Below, piece by piece: positions 38,653 to 47,335 of a stretch of DNA of 64,000 bases (within the stretch, counting starts at the first letter, position 1; every line of letters starts with the position of its first letter). The stretch comes from Alphaproteobacteria bacterium (GTDB lineage Bacteria; Pseudomonadota; Alphaproteobacteria; MPNO01): NCBI GenBank assembly GCA_964291675.2, contig OZ219866.1:96001-160000 (forward strand), given 5' to 3'. A model generated the notes under the pieces. That model did not search any database and was not told where the DNA came from. It saw only the letters and a list, made by a program, of their open reading frames with translations. Made by a program: the position numbers and the translations under genes.

Positions 38653-39027
38653 AGATTTCGTTCCTCTACTTTCTACTCAGTCTTCAGCCCATCCGAAACT
38701 GTGCCAGGTACTGCGGAGGTCCATGCACTTGCAATGTGGATGAGACCGGAACTGCGGACTTCGTACCACCTTTGCCGCGACCTATCACGCCCGAACAGAA
38801 TCGACGCTCCCGCCCTCCGTCGTGATCCCGACAGAGTCGCCCACGCGAGTTCACTCCTTTAGCGAACGGTCACCTTAGGGCCGGAAGTCAATATGCATCC
38901 GCCGAAGACCGCAGAGGTAGGTAGGTCGATGTTGAGATGCAAGCAGGTGCGGGGCGGATTGCCACCGGCCGTGGCCCGAATTGCGTTCGAAGTCGGAGCC
39001 CTGGAGACTGCGATATAGGGCCGGACA

Positions 39028-39948
39028 TCAACTCTTGCCCAGAACATCGGTCAGCTTTCGCGCCTTCTGCAGGCGTGCGAAGGATGTGTAGCGCGGACCC
39101 TGCATGGCGCCAGGATGGGCGTCTCCATAAGGTATGGGCCCGATGGGCTTGGCGCTCTCCGAAAACACGACCTTGTACTTGCCGCCTTCACCATAGGGCT
39201 CGATACGGGATACAGGGGCGTAGTGCGTGATGGCCGAAACAGGTTGCGTGCGGTACGCGGCGATGTACTTGATCTTGTCGAGCATACCGCCCGAGATGCG
39301 GATCGCGTACCAACAGTCTTCGCCGAGGAACGTCTCCTCAAACCCGTCCTTCTGGGCCGGGACGATGATCGTGTCGCGCTTGCGGCTGCTCGGCTGTGTA
39401 CCGGTCAGAGGATCGGTGGCGAGCGGAGCCGCTACCGCCTTCGGGAATTCAAATGCGCGCAGGCCGACGAGGGGCAGGATTTGCAGGATTTCCTTCATGA
39501 ACCCTTGGGTATCGGCTTTCTCCGCTTCGGTCAGAGCAGGCTCCTGGGGCGCGTTGCCGTTGTCCAGGTAGCAGCGCCTTGTCTCCGTGGCCCTCTTGAC
39601 AAGGGCATATTCGAGCCAGGTGACGTGAGCCCGGTTCAGGCCCCCGCTGGTCGAAACGAATACCGCGGCCCAATCCCAAAATTCCTTGTCCTTGTGGTGT
39701 GAGTCGATGCGCCCCCTAACGCCGTCGGCTTGCCCGACATAGAGGGTAGGCAAGTCATCGATCTCATCGCGGTAGCCGACGAGAATGTAGACACCGGTGC
39801 GCTGCATCTCACCGCGCTTGCGAACCTTGGACCAGTCGGACCTGCGAAGTACCAGCCCAAGACCGGTCCAGTTCATGCGATCGATCAGGCGGACCCCTTC
39901 CGGGTCGCCGTCGGGGACAAAGATGCGGATGGTGAACGGATCGGCCAT
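39028..39948 (-). CDS. GIY-YIG nuclease family protein
   Basis: GVYILVG...LYVGQA..VRGRI..H...LE; start overlaps the stop of the upstream gene. Confidence 0.88.
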   Translation of the reverse strand: MADPFTIRIFVPDGDPEGVRLIDRMNWTGLGLVLRRSDWSKVRKRGEMQRTGVYILVGYRDEIDDLPTLYVGQADGVRGRIDSHHKDKEFWDWAAVFVSTSGGLNRAHVTWLEYALVKRATETRRCYLDNGNAPQEPALTEAEKADTQGFMKEILQILPLVGLRAFEFPKAVAAPLATDPLTGTQPSSRKRDTIIVPAQKDGFEETFLGEDCWYAIRISGGMLDKIKYIAAYRTQPVSAITHYAPVSRIEPYGEGGKYKVVFSESAKPIGPIPYGDAHPGAMQGPRYTSFARLQKARKLTDVLGKS

Positions 39949-41138
39949 CACTGCCTCGCAACGAGCGACGCCGAGTTTGTGTCGTATCGAAACCGGATAA
40001 TGGTTCCCTCCCGGATCTTCTCGACCGCCTCGTCGATGGCGTCGAGAGGGGCTAGGAACCACTCGCGCGGGACGACGGGATTGCCGAAGCGGTCCTCGAT
40101 CTCGATGTCAAGACGCGCCGGAGCGAAGATCCGATGGACCAGCTTTTCGAGCTTGGCGCGATCGATATTATACAAACTGTAAGTGGCGACGACTTCGACC
40201 TCAGCCATCAGGAACGTCGGATCGAGCCGCGCGCCGGCTATGCGCGCCTCCACCTTCGTGGTGGTGACACCGATCTTGTGCACGAGGTTTCGGTTCTCGG
40301 TGACGAACGGAATGTCCGCCTTGCTCCGCAGCACATAGATCGTACCGCTGGCCTCGTCGTCGTCCGCAGTCGCATTGGCGAACAGCGGACCTGCGGATGT
40401 CTCCAGTATCCGCCTGCCCGTCTCGTCCTTGTGGAGCGCGCGCTGGAGCGAGCGCCTGAGCATGTTGCTCTCAGTGCCGTTGTCGAAGATCACGCGCAGC
40501 CGCGCATCCCGGTCGCCGTAGCTTTGCGTGAACTCATCGCCCATCTCGGCCACATAGGCTTTCTGCCCGCCGACGATGAAGAACCGGCCGGGCTCAATGT
40601 CGGACTGGATGCCCAGCGGACGGGTCTCCCGGAGCCCGGCGTCCAGCTCCTTTTGCACCTGCTCGAAGAGCGGTCGGAACTTCTCGAAATCCCCGCACTT
40701 GCTGCGCGTTGCGATTTCCTCAGCGGTGCGTTTCTCCGCGCTCGACCGGACGTGGCGAAGGTTGGTGATGTCAGATGCTCCGGCCTCAACGCCGAGTTCC
40801 GCCAGCAAGGCGGCGTCGTCTATGGTATCCGGTGAGGCGGGCGCGGCTTCGCGTTGATGCTCCAGAAGCTCCTTACTGTCGAAAGGGGCTAGCAGTGCGC
40901 GGCATTCGTCCTGCTCGCGGATGCGGTCCAGGCGCACGGCATAGAGGCGTTCGAAGATGTCGCCGTCCTCGCCGTGGCGCGGGGCGCGGCCATGCGTCTC
41001 TACGAAACGCTGGATCTCCTCGAAGCCCGCGATGATCCGTTCCTCACGCGGCGTGCGGCCTACCGTCCTTTCGGGCTCGACGTCGACACCCAGTTCGGCG
41101 AGCAAGGCGTCGTCCTCGTCGGTGAACGTCCTAGCCAT
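39948..41138 (-). CDS. YeeC-like GIY-YIG (T5orf172) protein
   Basis: GTIYVLRS...KIGVT...LEKLVH...PREWF. Confidence 0.88.
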   Translation of the reverse strand: MARTFTDEDDALLAELGVDVEPERTVGRTPREERIIAGFEEIQRFVETHGRAPRHGEDGDIFERLYAVRLDRIREQDECRALLAPFDSKELLEHQREAAPASPDTIDDAALLAELGVEAGASDITNLRHVRSSAEKRTAEEIATRSKCGDFEKFRPLFEQVQKELDAGLRETRPLGIQSDIEPGRFFIVGGQKAYVAEMGDEFTQSYGDRDARLRVIFDNGTESNMLRRSLQRALHKDETGRRILETSAGPLFANATADDDEASGTIYVLRSKADIPFVTENRNLVHKIGVTTTKVEARIAGARLDPTFLMAEVEVVATYSLYNIDRAKLEKLVHRIFAPARLDIEIEDRFGNPVVPREWFLAPLDAIDEAVEKIREGTIIRFRYDTNSASLVARQ

Positions 41139-43170
41139 CGGCGACCTCCGCCTTCATGCGGGCGAGGAAGGCCACGCCTTCCGCCATGCGCCTCTCCCAG
41201 GGGTCCTGCGACGTGATCGACGGAAGCCGGCCCCGCTCCTGCTTGAACCTGAGGGCGCGGCGCGCGAGATCGCGCGCCTCCTCGGGCGTGAGCTGAATCT
41301 TCTTCGCGGTGATAACGGCGGCGACCTGCTTCAGGCTCTCCTCGCTCATCGTCTTGGCCAGGATCGCGTAAGCCTCGCCGAAGGGGTTGATCCTGTCGAT
41401 CAGGTCGATGTCGAGATCGCGCACGTCCATGGCGAACTTCCGGACGCCGTCGATCAGCGCTGTGCTGCCGTTCGTCTGCGCTTCCGTCTCGTCGAGCACG
41501 GCCTCCTTCGCCTTCTGGGTCAGGTTCAGAGCGGCGACGGCGTGCTGACGCACCGCCTCCCGGTCCTCTTCGGAGAGTTCCGGGTACCGGTCCTTAACGA
41601 TCTTACCCATGCGAACCTGGGTCAATTCCTCGGGCACGAGCTCCTCGTCGAACAGCCCACGCTCGACGGAAGTCTTGTCCTGCGCGAACGCAGCGATCAC
41701 CTCGTTCAGGTCTTCCCGGCAGATCCGCTCGGCCTCCTTCCCCTTTGGCGCCGCAAGCCCCTTGATCTCGATGTGAAACTGGCCGGTTTGGTCGTTGAAA
41801 CCGACGTTGCACTTCTCGGGGTCGTAGCCCCCCTCGCCATAGTCGGTGCCCTCGACGGGACCGCTGTCCGGCTTCTTCGGGGTGAAGTTGAAGCGGGGCG
41901 CGAGCACCTGTTCCATCAGCAAGCTCGCTGCGATGGCTTTGAGCGTGTCGTTCACGGCCTCGGTGACCGCTTCTTCCGAGGCGTCCGGCTCGGCGATCAG
42001 GTTGGTGAAGCGGGCGCGGGTCTTGCCGGGCGCGTCGCGGGTCGCGCGGCCGATGATCTGCACGATTTCGGTGAGGCTGGAGCGGTAGCCCACCGTCAGC
42101 GCGTGATCGCACCAGACCCAGTCGAAGCCCTCCTTGGCCATGCCGAGGGCAACGATGATATCGACATGGTCGCGGTCGTCCATCCGGTTTTGATTCCTAA
42201 GCGCGGCCGCGACCCGCTCCCGCCTGCCGGGGTCGTCATCGACCAGGTCGGCAATCCGAAGGACCCGGCCCTTGGGCGTCCTTACCAACTGGAATCCGGT
42301 CGCCGGATCGGCGCCCTGCCACTCGCCGAGCTCCTCAATGATGTGCTCGACCTCGCGGATCTTGTCCTTGGTGCTCTCGCGCGAGTTGACGCTGGGGATG
42401 TGGACGATCGTCTTCTCGTGGGGATCGAGTACCCGCAGAATGTCGTCGGCATAGTTCCCCGTGTAAAAGAAATAGCCGATGTCGAGCCGCTTCAGATACT
42501 CGTAGCCGTTGAGCTGCTCATAGTAGGTGTAGGTGACGGTCTCGAACCTCGCCTCGTCATGGGGCATGAGCACGGGCTCGGCATCACCCCGGAAATACGA
42601 TCCCGTCATGGCGACGATATGCGTCCGGTCGCGCGCGATGAGCTGCCCCACATGCTCGCCCAGGCGGTTGTCGGGGTTGGCAGAGACGTGGTGGAACTCG
42701 TCGACCGCGATCAGCCGGCCGTCGAAGGCGTCCACGCCGAACCGGTCGATGGAGAAGCGGAAGGTGGCGTGAGTGCAGACCAGGATCCGGTCTTCACTTT
42801 CGAGGAACGCCTTGACCGAATTGACCTTGCCGCCGTCGGTGCCCGGCGCGTTGCAGAGATTCCATTTCGGGGAAACGGTCCAGTCGGCCCAGAAGCCGAA
42901 CTCACTCAAGGGTGCGTCGGCGAAGCTCGCGCCGATGGTCTTCTCGGGCACGACGACGATGGCTTGGCGGAGGCCTTGGTTGTACAGCTTGTCCAGCGCG
43001 ATGAACATCAGCGCCCGGCTCTTGCCCGATGCCGGCGGCGACTTGATCAGGAGATACTGCTCGCCCCGCTTCTCCCAAGCCCGCTCCTGCATCGGACGCA
43101 TGCCGAGTTCGTTCGGGCCCGCCGTTCTGTCGTTCTGGGCATAGGTCACAGTGATGGATGGGGTAGTCAT
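41131..43170 (-). CDS. YeeB-like SF2 (DExH) helicase
   Basis: PPASGKS, DEFHH, MTGSYFRGD, MAKEGFD, QIIGRATRD; alternative start 43200. Confidence 0.9.
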   Translation of the reverse strand: MTTPSITVTYAQNDRTAGPNELGMRPMQERAWEKRGEQYLLIKSPPASGKSRALMFIALDKLYNQGLRQAIVVVPEKTIGASFADAPLSEFGFWADWTVSPKWNLCNAPGTDGGKVNSVKAFLESEDRILVCTHATFRFSIDRFGVDAFDGRLIAVDEFHHVSANPDNRLGEHVGQLIARDRTHIVAMTGSYFRGDAEPVLMPHDEARFETVTYTYYEQLNGYEYLKRLDIGYFFYTGNYADDILRVLDPHEKTIVHIPSVNSRESTKDKIREVEHIIEELGEWQGADPATGFQLVRTPKGRVLRIADLVDDDPGRRERVAAALRNQNRMDDRDHVDIIVALGMAKEGFDWVWCDHALTVGYRSSLTEIVQIIGRATRDAPGKTRARFTNLIAEPDASEEAVTEAVNDTLKAIAASLLMEQVLAPRFNFTPKKPDSGPVEGTDYGEGGYDPEKCNVGFNDQTGQFHIEIKGLAAPKGKEAERICREDLNEVIAAFAQDKTSVERGLFDEELVPEELTQVRMGKIVKDRYPELSEEDREAVRQHAVAALNLTQKAKEAVLDETEAQTNGSTALIDGVRKFAMDVRDLDIDLIDRINPFGEAYAILAKTMSEESLKQVAAVITAKKIQLTPEEARDLARRALRFKQERGRLPSITSQDPWERRMAEGVAFLARMKAEVADG

Positions 43171-43199
43171 TCTAGCCTTATCCGAAGTTGGTAAGCTCA

Positions 43200-44294
43200 T
43201 CAGAACACACCCCACTCCCGACCACTCGCCATTTTGAAACCTGCGTCGATAGCCTTGCTCTTTTTTACCCAGCTTGCCTTTTCCGCTTTACTCCCAATCG
43301 TCAACCTGAACACGTGCGAGGAAATCTGGCTGAACAGCAAATTTTGTTTGTCATATGCTGCTGGTCCTATGGCACCAGGCATAGGAAGATTTAGCTTGTC
43401 CATCTTATTGTCACTGTATGAGAGTGTATACGCGTGTATTGGCCCTCCGTTAAAACTGATACTGACGCTACCCAACGAGGTATTCTTTGGAACCGCAACC
43501 GGCTCGAATCCAAAAAACACTCTGGACAGTCGTTTCATCATAAGCTGATTTCCTGGAAGTCCCGGGCCTCTATTCCTGGTGATCTTTCCAGCTTCAATCC
43601 AATAGTTGCAGCATACTCTTAGCTTTGTCAAATCCTTACTGCTGAGAGCTCTTCGCGTGTTCTCGCCGCTGGCTAAGTCATCTTCGGTGGTGGTTGGATG
43701 GGACAGATTGGGCACACTTTCGAAGAGCTTAGTGTATCTCTTCAGTACAGCATGATCCAATGGAGTCGCTGCCTTCCAAACGCTGGAATACCACTTCCTC
43801 AACGCCTTCATGGACGCCGCAGAGGTCGGTTCGGTTGGATTTTTGCGCTTTACTGCAAGAGCTAATCCGACCTCCACGCCCTTTGACAAACCGGAGCGGG
43901 ATAGATTTCCTGAGCCCGCGAGGGCAAAGTCACGGTCCTTTCCTCGGAACAAGAATGCCTTGGGATGAAAAGGTAACTTGGGGATCCCACTATGCTCGAG
44001 ACAGAATTTTGCATCATGGACACACACCGACGAAGCAGGAAGAGACAACAAAGTTTCTAGCGCTACCGGTTGAGTGCGGCAATAGTCGAATGAAGTTATC
44101 CAGCGCTTCCTAATACCTTTCCAACTTCCTGGAAGAGCGGCGTCCATCGTATGCAGTAGGTCATGCAATCCGCTAGAAGTGATATAGGCGGCTGCGATGT
44201 CCAGGCTGGTCAAGTGGCCCGCCTTGGCAATGGTTTTTATAGCGTCAAGTGTCGTTCGCGACGCTGGTTGGGCGATGAAGTCTACCGTCTTCAT
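43200..44294 (-). CDS. PLD-family nuclease with C-terminal putative DNA-binding domain (BfiI/NgoFVII-like architecture)
   Basis: AAAYIT, FHPKAFLF...GSGNLS...E; lower GC than its neighbours; start overlaps the MTase stop. Confidence 0.78.
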   Translation of the reverse strand: MKTVDFIAQPASRTTLDAIKTIAKAGHLTSLDIAAAYITSSGLHDLLHTMDAALPGSWKGIRKRWITSFDYCRTQPVALETLLSLPASSVCVHDAKFCLEHSGIPKLPFHPKAFLFRGKDRDFALAGSGNLSRSGLSKGVEVGLALAVKRKNPTEPTSAASMKALRKWYSSVWKAATPLDHAVLKRYTKLFESVPNLSHPTTTEDDLASGENTRRALSSKDLTKLRVCCNYWIEAGKITRNRGPGLPGNQLMMKRLSRVFFGFEPVAVPKNTSLGSVSISFNGGPIHAYTLSYSDNKMDKLNLPMPGAIGPAAYDKQNLLFSQISSHVFRLTIGSKAEKASWVKKSKAIDAGFKMASGREWGVF

Positions 44295-47086
44295 GGCTGT
44301 CTCCTTACGCTAGGAGTTGTTAGATCACCGGGCCGGCTTCCGTTCTGACCAAGCGCATATAGAGCGAAGAGCTTTTCGAGACGTTCCGTATCGTTCTTGA
44401 ACTTCCGTCCAATGTAGATTCGATCGACTGCTTCGTCGTTTCGTTCATGCGCCTGCTTCAACAAGGAGAACTCGTTATCCATCCGGTCTGGATCGTACAT
44501 TTCCCCTATCGTCGCAGGGTAGTAATGCTCTCGTGCGAGCAGTATTTGGCTGGCTGACTCGATTAAGTCGGACTTGTTTTTGCTAGTAATTTTAGGTACA
44601 GGAAAAGTATTCCAGCCCAATGTGTTAGAATATCGATAGTCTGTCTTTAGTTTGCCGCAAACGGCCGCAATCCAAACTAGATGTAGGCGAGAAGCGATAA
44701 CGGCCATGTTCCAGAGCTGCGCGTCATAGAGAGCAAACGCGCTGTCGGCGATCACCGCATTTTCATCGAGCAAGCCGACCGGAAGGTAAGAACGGCGCTC
44801 GGAACTCACGCGCGGGACGATAAGGGTATTGTGTCTCGCGGTGCCTTGGATTTGTACAAAACGATAAGGATCATTCGAATAGTGGCGCGTGGAGCTTGCT
44901 TTGCTTGCCAGACGCATCTTTCTAACAGCCTTCAACCGTCGTGCAACCAAGGGTGACTGCAAGGCGGCGTCACACTGTTCGCGCTCTATCCAAAGGCAAT
45001 ATCGAGTTTTTCCTTGGATAAAATCCTCAGAGCCAAGGAACGGTCGCAGGTAGCGTTGAAAGATTGGGTCAGTCCGGCCGACTCGAATCTTTTCCTCATG
45101 TGAGACAATCAAGTGGCCGCCGTCACGAGGCATATTACCAAAGAGCATAAGCGCGAAGCCCTTCGGTGGTGCACGCCTACTTTGTACGACCAGACTTGGT
45201 CCTTCAACAAGGTAAGGATTGATGTTGTCACACACTTTTTCGAGTACCACGCCATGGGAGTCAAGCGAGTAGAGGCGTTTCGGGCCGCCTCGCTTGTTGG
45301 ATATTCCGACCACAATGACGGTGACGCCCGCATTGTGGCTAGCCAAGTTTGCCCACTTGAAGGATGTATGGGCAAACTTAATTTCGTGTCCTGTCTTAAA
45401 AAGGGCAGGCCAGAGAATCGGTACTTGTTGGCCTTGGCACAGAGAATTTGTTGTTACAAATGCGGCGACGGCATCGGTTTCCGTACCGTAATCCGCAGCC
45501 TTCATTAGCCAAGCAGCAACGTAATCAAGAGATTTCCACCCTTCAACTCGACCGTGGAATACGGCGCGGAGATCGTCCTTTTGGTCCTCCGATTGCAACT
45601 TGTTTCCCAAATAGGGCGGATTGCCGCAGATATAGGTTTCGCCCCCTTCGTTCTCGAAATCGATCTCGGGCTGGGCGAGCGGCGTTTCAAACAAGTCGCC
45701 GGCGGTGTACTTGACGCCGGTGCCTGTCGGCGGGCAGATGTCCAACCAGTCGAGACGCAGCGCATTGCCGCAGGTGATCCAGTTCATGGCGTCGAGCGGC
45801 AGAAACTCGGCGAGAGCTTCCCGTTGGCCGCGGTAGAGGACATCGCACTGATACTCCGCGATGACGAGCGCAAGCCGAGCGATCTCTGCCGGAAAATCGC
45901 GCAACTCGATGCCCCGGAAGTTGGTCAGCGGGATGACCGACCTGCGCCCGATTTCACGTCGCCTCTTGTTGATCTCCGCTTCGATGTCCCGCAATTCCTT
46001 GTAAGCGATGACCAGAAAGTTGCCGGAACCGCACGCCGGATCGAACACGCGGATACGGGCCATGCGGTTGCGCAGGTTCAGGAGTTTGCGGGAATTGGTG
46101 CCGGCGTCTTCCAGTTTCTCGCGAAGATCGTCGAGGAATAACGGGTTGAGCACCTTCAGGATGTTCGGAACGCTGGTGTAGTGCATGCCGAGCGCGCCGC
46201 GCTCCTCGTCGTCGGCGACGGCCTGGATCATCGACCCGAAGATATCGGGGTTGATCTTCTTCCAGTCGAGGTTGCCGATGTGGAGAAGGTAGGACCGTGC
46301 GATCCGGCTGAACCGGGGCACGTCCGTCGACTCCGAAAAGAGCCCTCCGTTCACATACGGAAACGAACCGGCCCAGCGGGGGATGTCAGCATCCTTTCGT
46401 GCGTCGGTATCCGTGTTCATGGCACGGAAGATCTCGCCGATCACCTCGTGAGTGTTCGAGCTGTCGGCTGCACTCATCCGTTCGATCGTGTCCGTGAATA
46501 GACCCGAAACGTTGAAGATGTCGGTGTCCTCGGCGAAGAAGCAAAAGATGAGCCGCGCCATGAAGTGGTTCATTTCGGGGCGGCGGTCGGTGGCGCCCCA
46601 TGCCGGATTTTCCTTCAGCAACTCGACATAGAGGCGGTTCAGGCGTCCGGTCGCTTTGATGTCGAAGGCGCTCTCGCGGATCTGCCTGACGGTCGTGATG
46701 CCGGCGAGTGGCAGGAAGAACCCGAAATGCTCGGGGAAGTCGGGATAGTCACAAACGACAACGTCGCCGCTGTTCAGATCCTCAGCGTGGAAATCCCTCC
46801 CGTCGGTGGCAAGGATGAACTTTGCCTTCGCGCGCGCCGTTGCCGGACTGGCTTTGAGCGCCGCCAGAGTGGCCGCCACCTCGCCCTCGGGGCACACCTT
46901 GATGTGGATGTTGCTGCGCTGGAGTACGCCGCCAAGGTTGGAGCTGTTCGATGCACCCGAGCGCAGGCGCTTGATCGTCGTCTCCTTGTTGCCGAATGTC
47001 CGTAGGAACGCAAAAGGAAAGTCCTTGGCCTCGAACGGTCGTTCGGCCAGCGCTGATATCGCTTCCTCGATCTCAACGGCGTTCAT
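44291..47086 (-). CDS. YeeA/MmeI-like N6-adenine DNA methyltransferase (gamma class) with C-terminal TRD
   Basis: FPYVNGGLF, GMHYTS, DPACGSGNFL, GNPPY, YRYSNTLGWNTFPVP. Confidence 0.92.
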   Translation of the reverse strand: MNAVEIEEAISALAERPFEAKDFPFAFLRTFGNKETTIKRLRSGASNSSNLGGVLQRSNIHIKVCPEGEVAATLAALKASPATARAKAKFILATDGRDFHAEDLNSGDVVVCDYPDFPEHFGFFLPLAGITTVRQIRESAFDIKATGRLNRLYVELLKENPAWGATDRRPEMNHFMARLIFCFFAEDTDIFNVSGLFTDTIERMSAADSSNTHEVIGEIFRAMNTDTDARKDADIPRWAGSFPYVNGGLFSESTDVPRFSRIARSYLLHIGNLDWKKINPDIFGSMIQAVADDEERGALGMHYTSVPNILKVLNPLFLDDLREKLEDAGTNSRKLLNLRNRMARIRVFDPACGSGNFLVIAYKELRDIEAEINKRRREIGRRSVIPLTNFRGIELRDFPAEIARLALVIAEYQCDVLYRGQREALAEFLPLDAMNWITCGNALRLDWLDICPPTGTGVKYTAGDLFETPLAQPEIDFENEGGETYICGNPPYLGNKLQSEDQKDDLRAVFHGRVEGWKSLDYVAAWLMKAADYGTETDAVAAFVTTNSLCQGQQVPILWPALFKTGHEIKFAHTSFKWANLASHNAGVTVIVVGISNKRGGPKRLYSLDSHGVVLEKVCDNINPYLVEGPSLVVQSRRAPPKGFALMLFGNMPRDGGHLIVSHEEKIRVGRTDPIFQRYLRPFLGSEDFIQGKTRYCLWIEREQCDAALQSPLVARRLKAVRKMRLASKASSTRHYSNDPYRFVQIQGTARHNTLIVPRVSSERRSYLPVGLLDENAVIADSAFALYDAQLWNMAVIASRLHLVWIAAVCGKLKTDYRYSNTLGWNTFPVPKITSKNKSDLIESASQILLAREHYYPATIGEMYDPDRMDNEFSLLKQAHERNDEAVDRIYIGRKFKNDTERLEKLFALYALGQNGSRPGDLTTPSVRRQP

Positions 47087-47335
47087 CGATCATTCCATAT
47101 CCGCGTCGAGGATACGCAATCAGGTGTGGCAATCCCACTGCCGGGCGGGCTTTCGGGTGTTGTGAACGGGAATTTGTGAGGCCACCTTGTCACCATATCG
47201 GCAGCCTACTTCGGATGTGGGGGAGGCGATGGCCGCCAGGGAGTGGTGTTCGGACGGTCCCGTACGGGCCCGCGTGCGCTGGCACTGATGAACAGCCGCA
47301 ACAGGGCGCCGGTGAGCAGCGGTTCATGATACACC

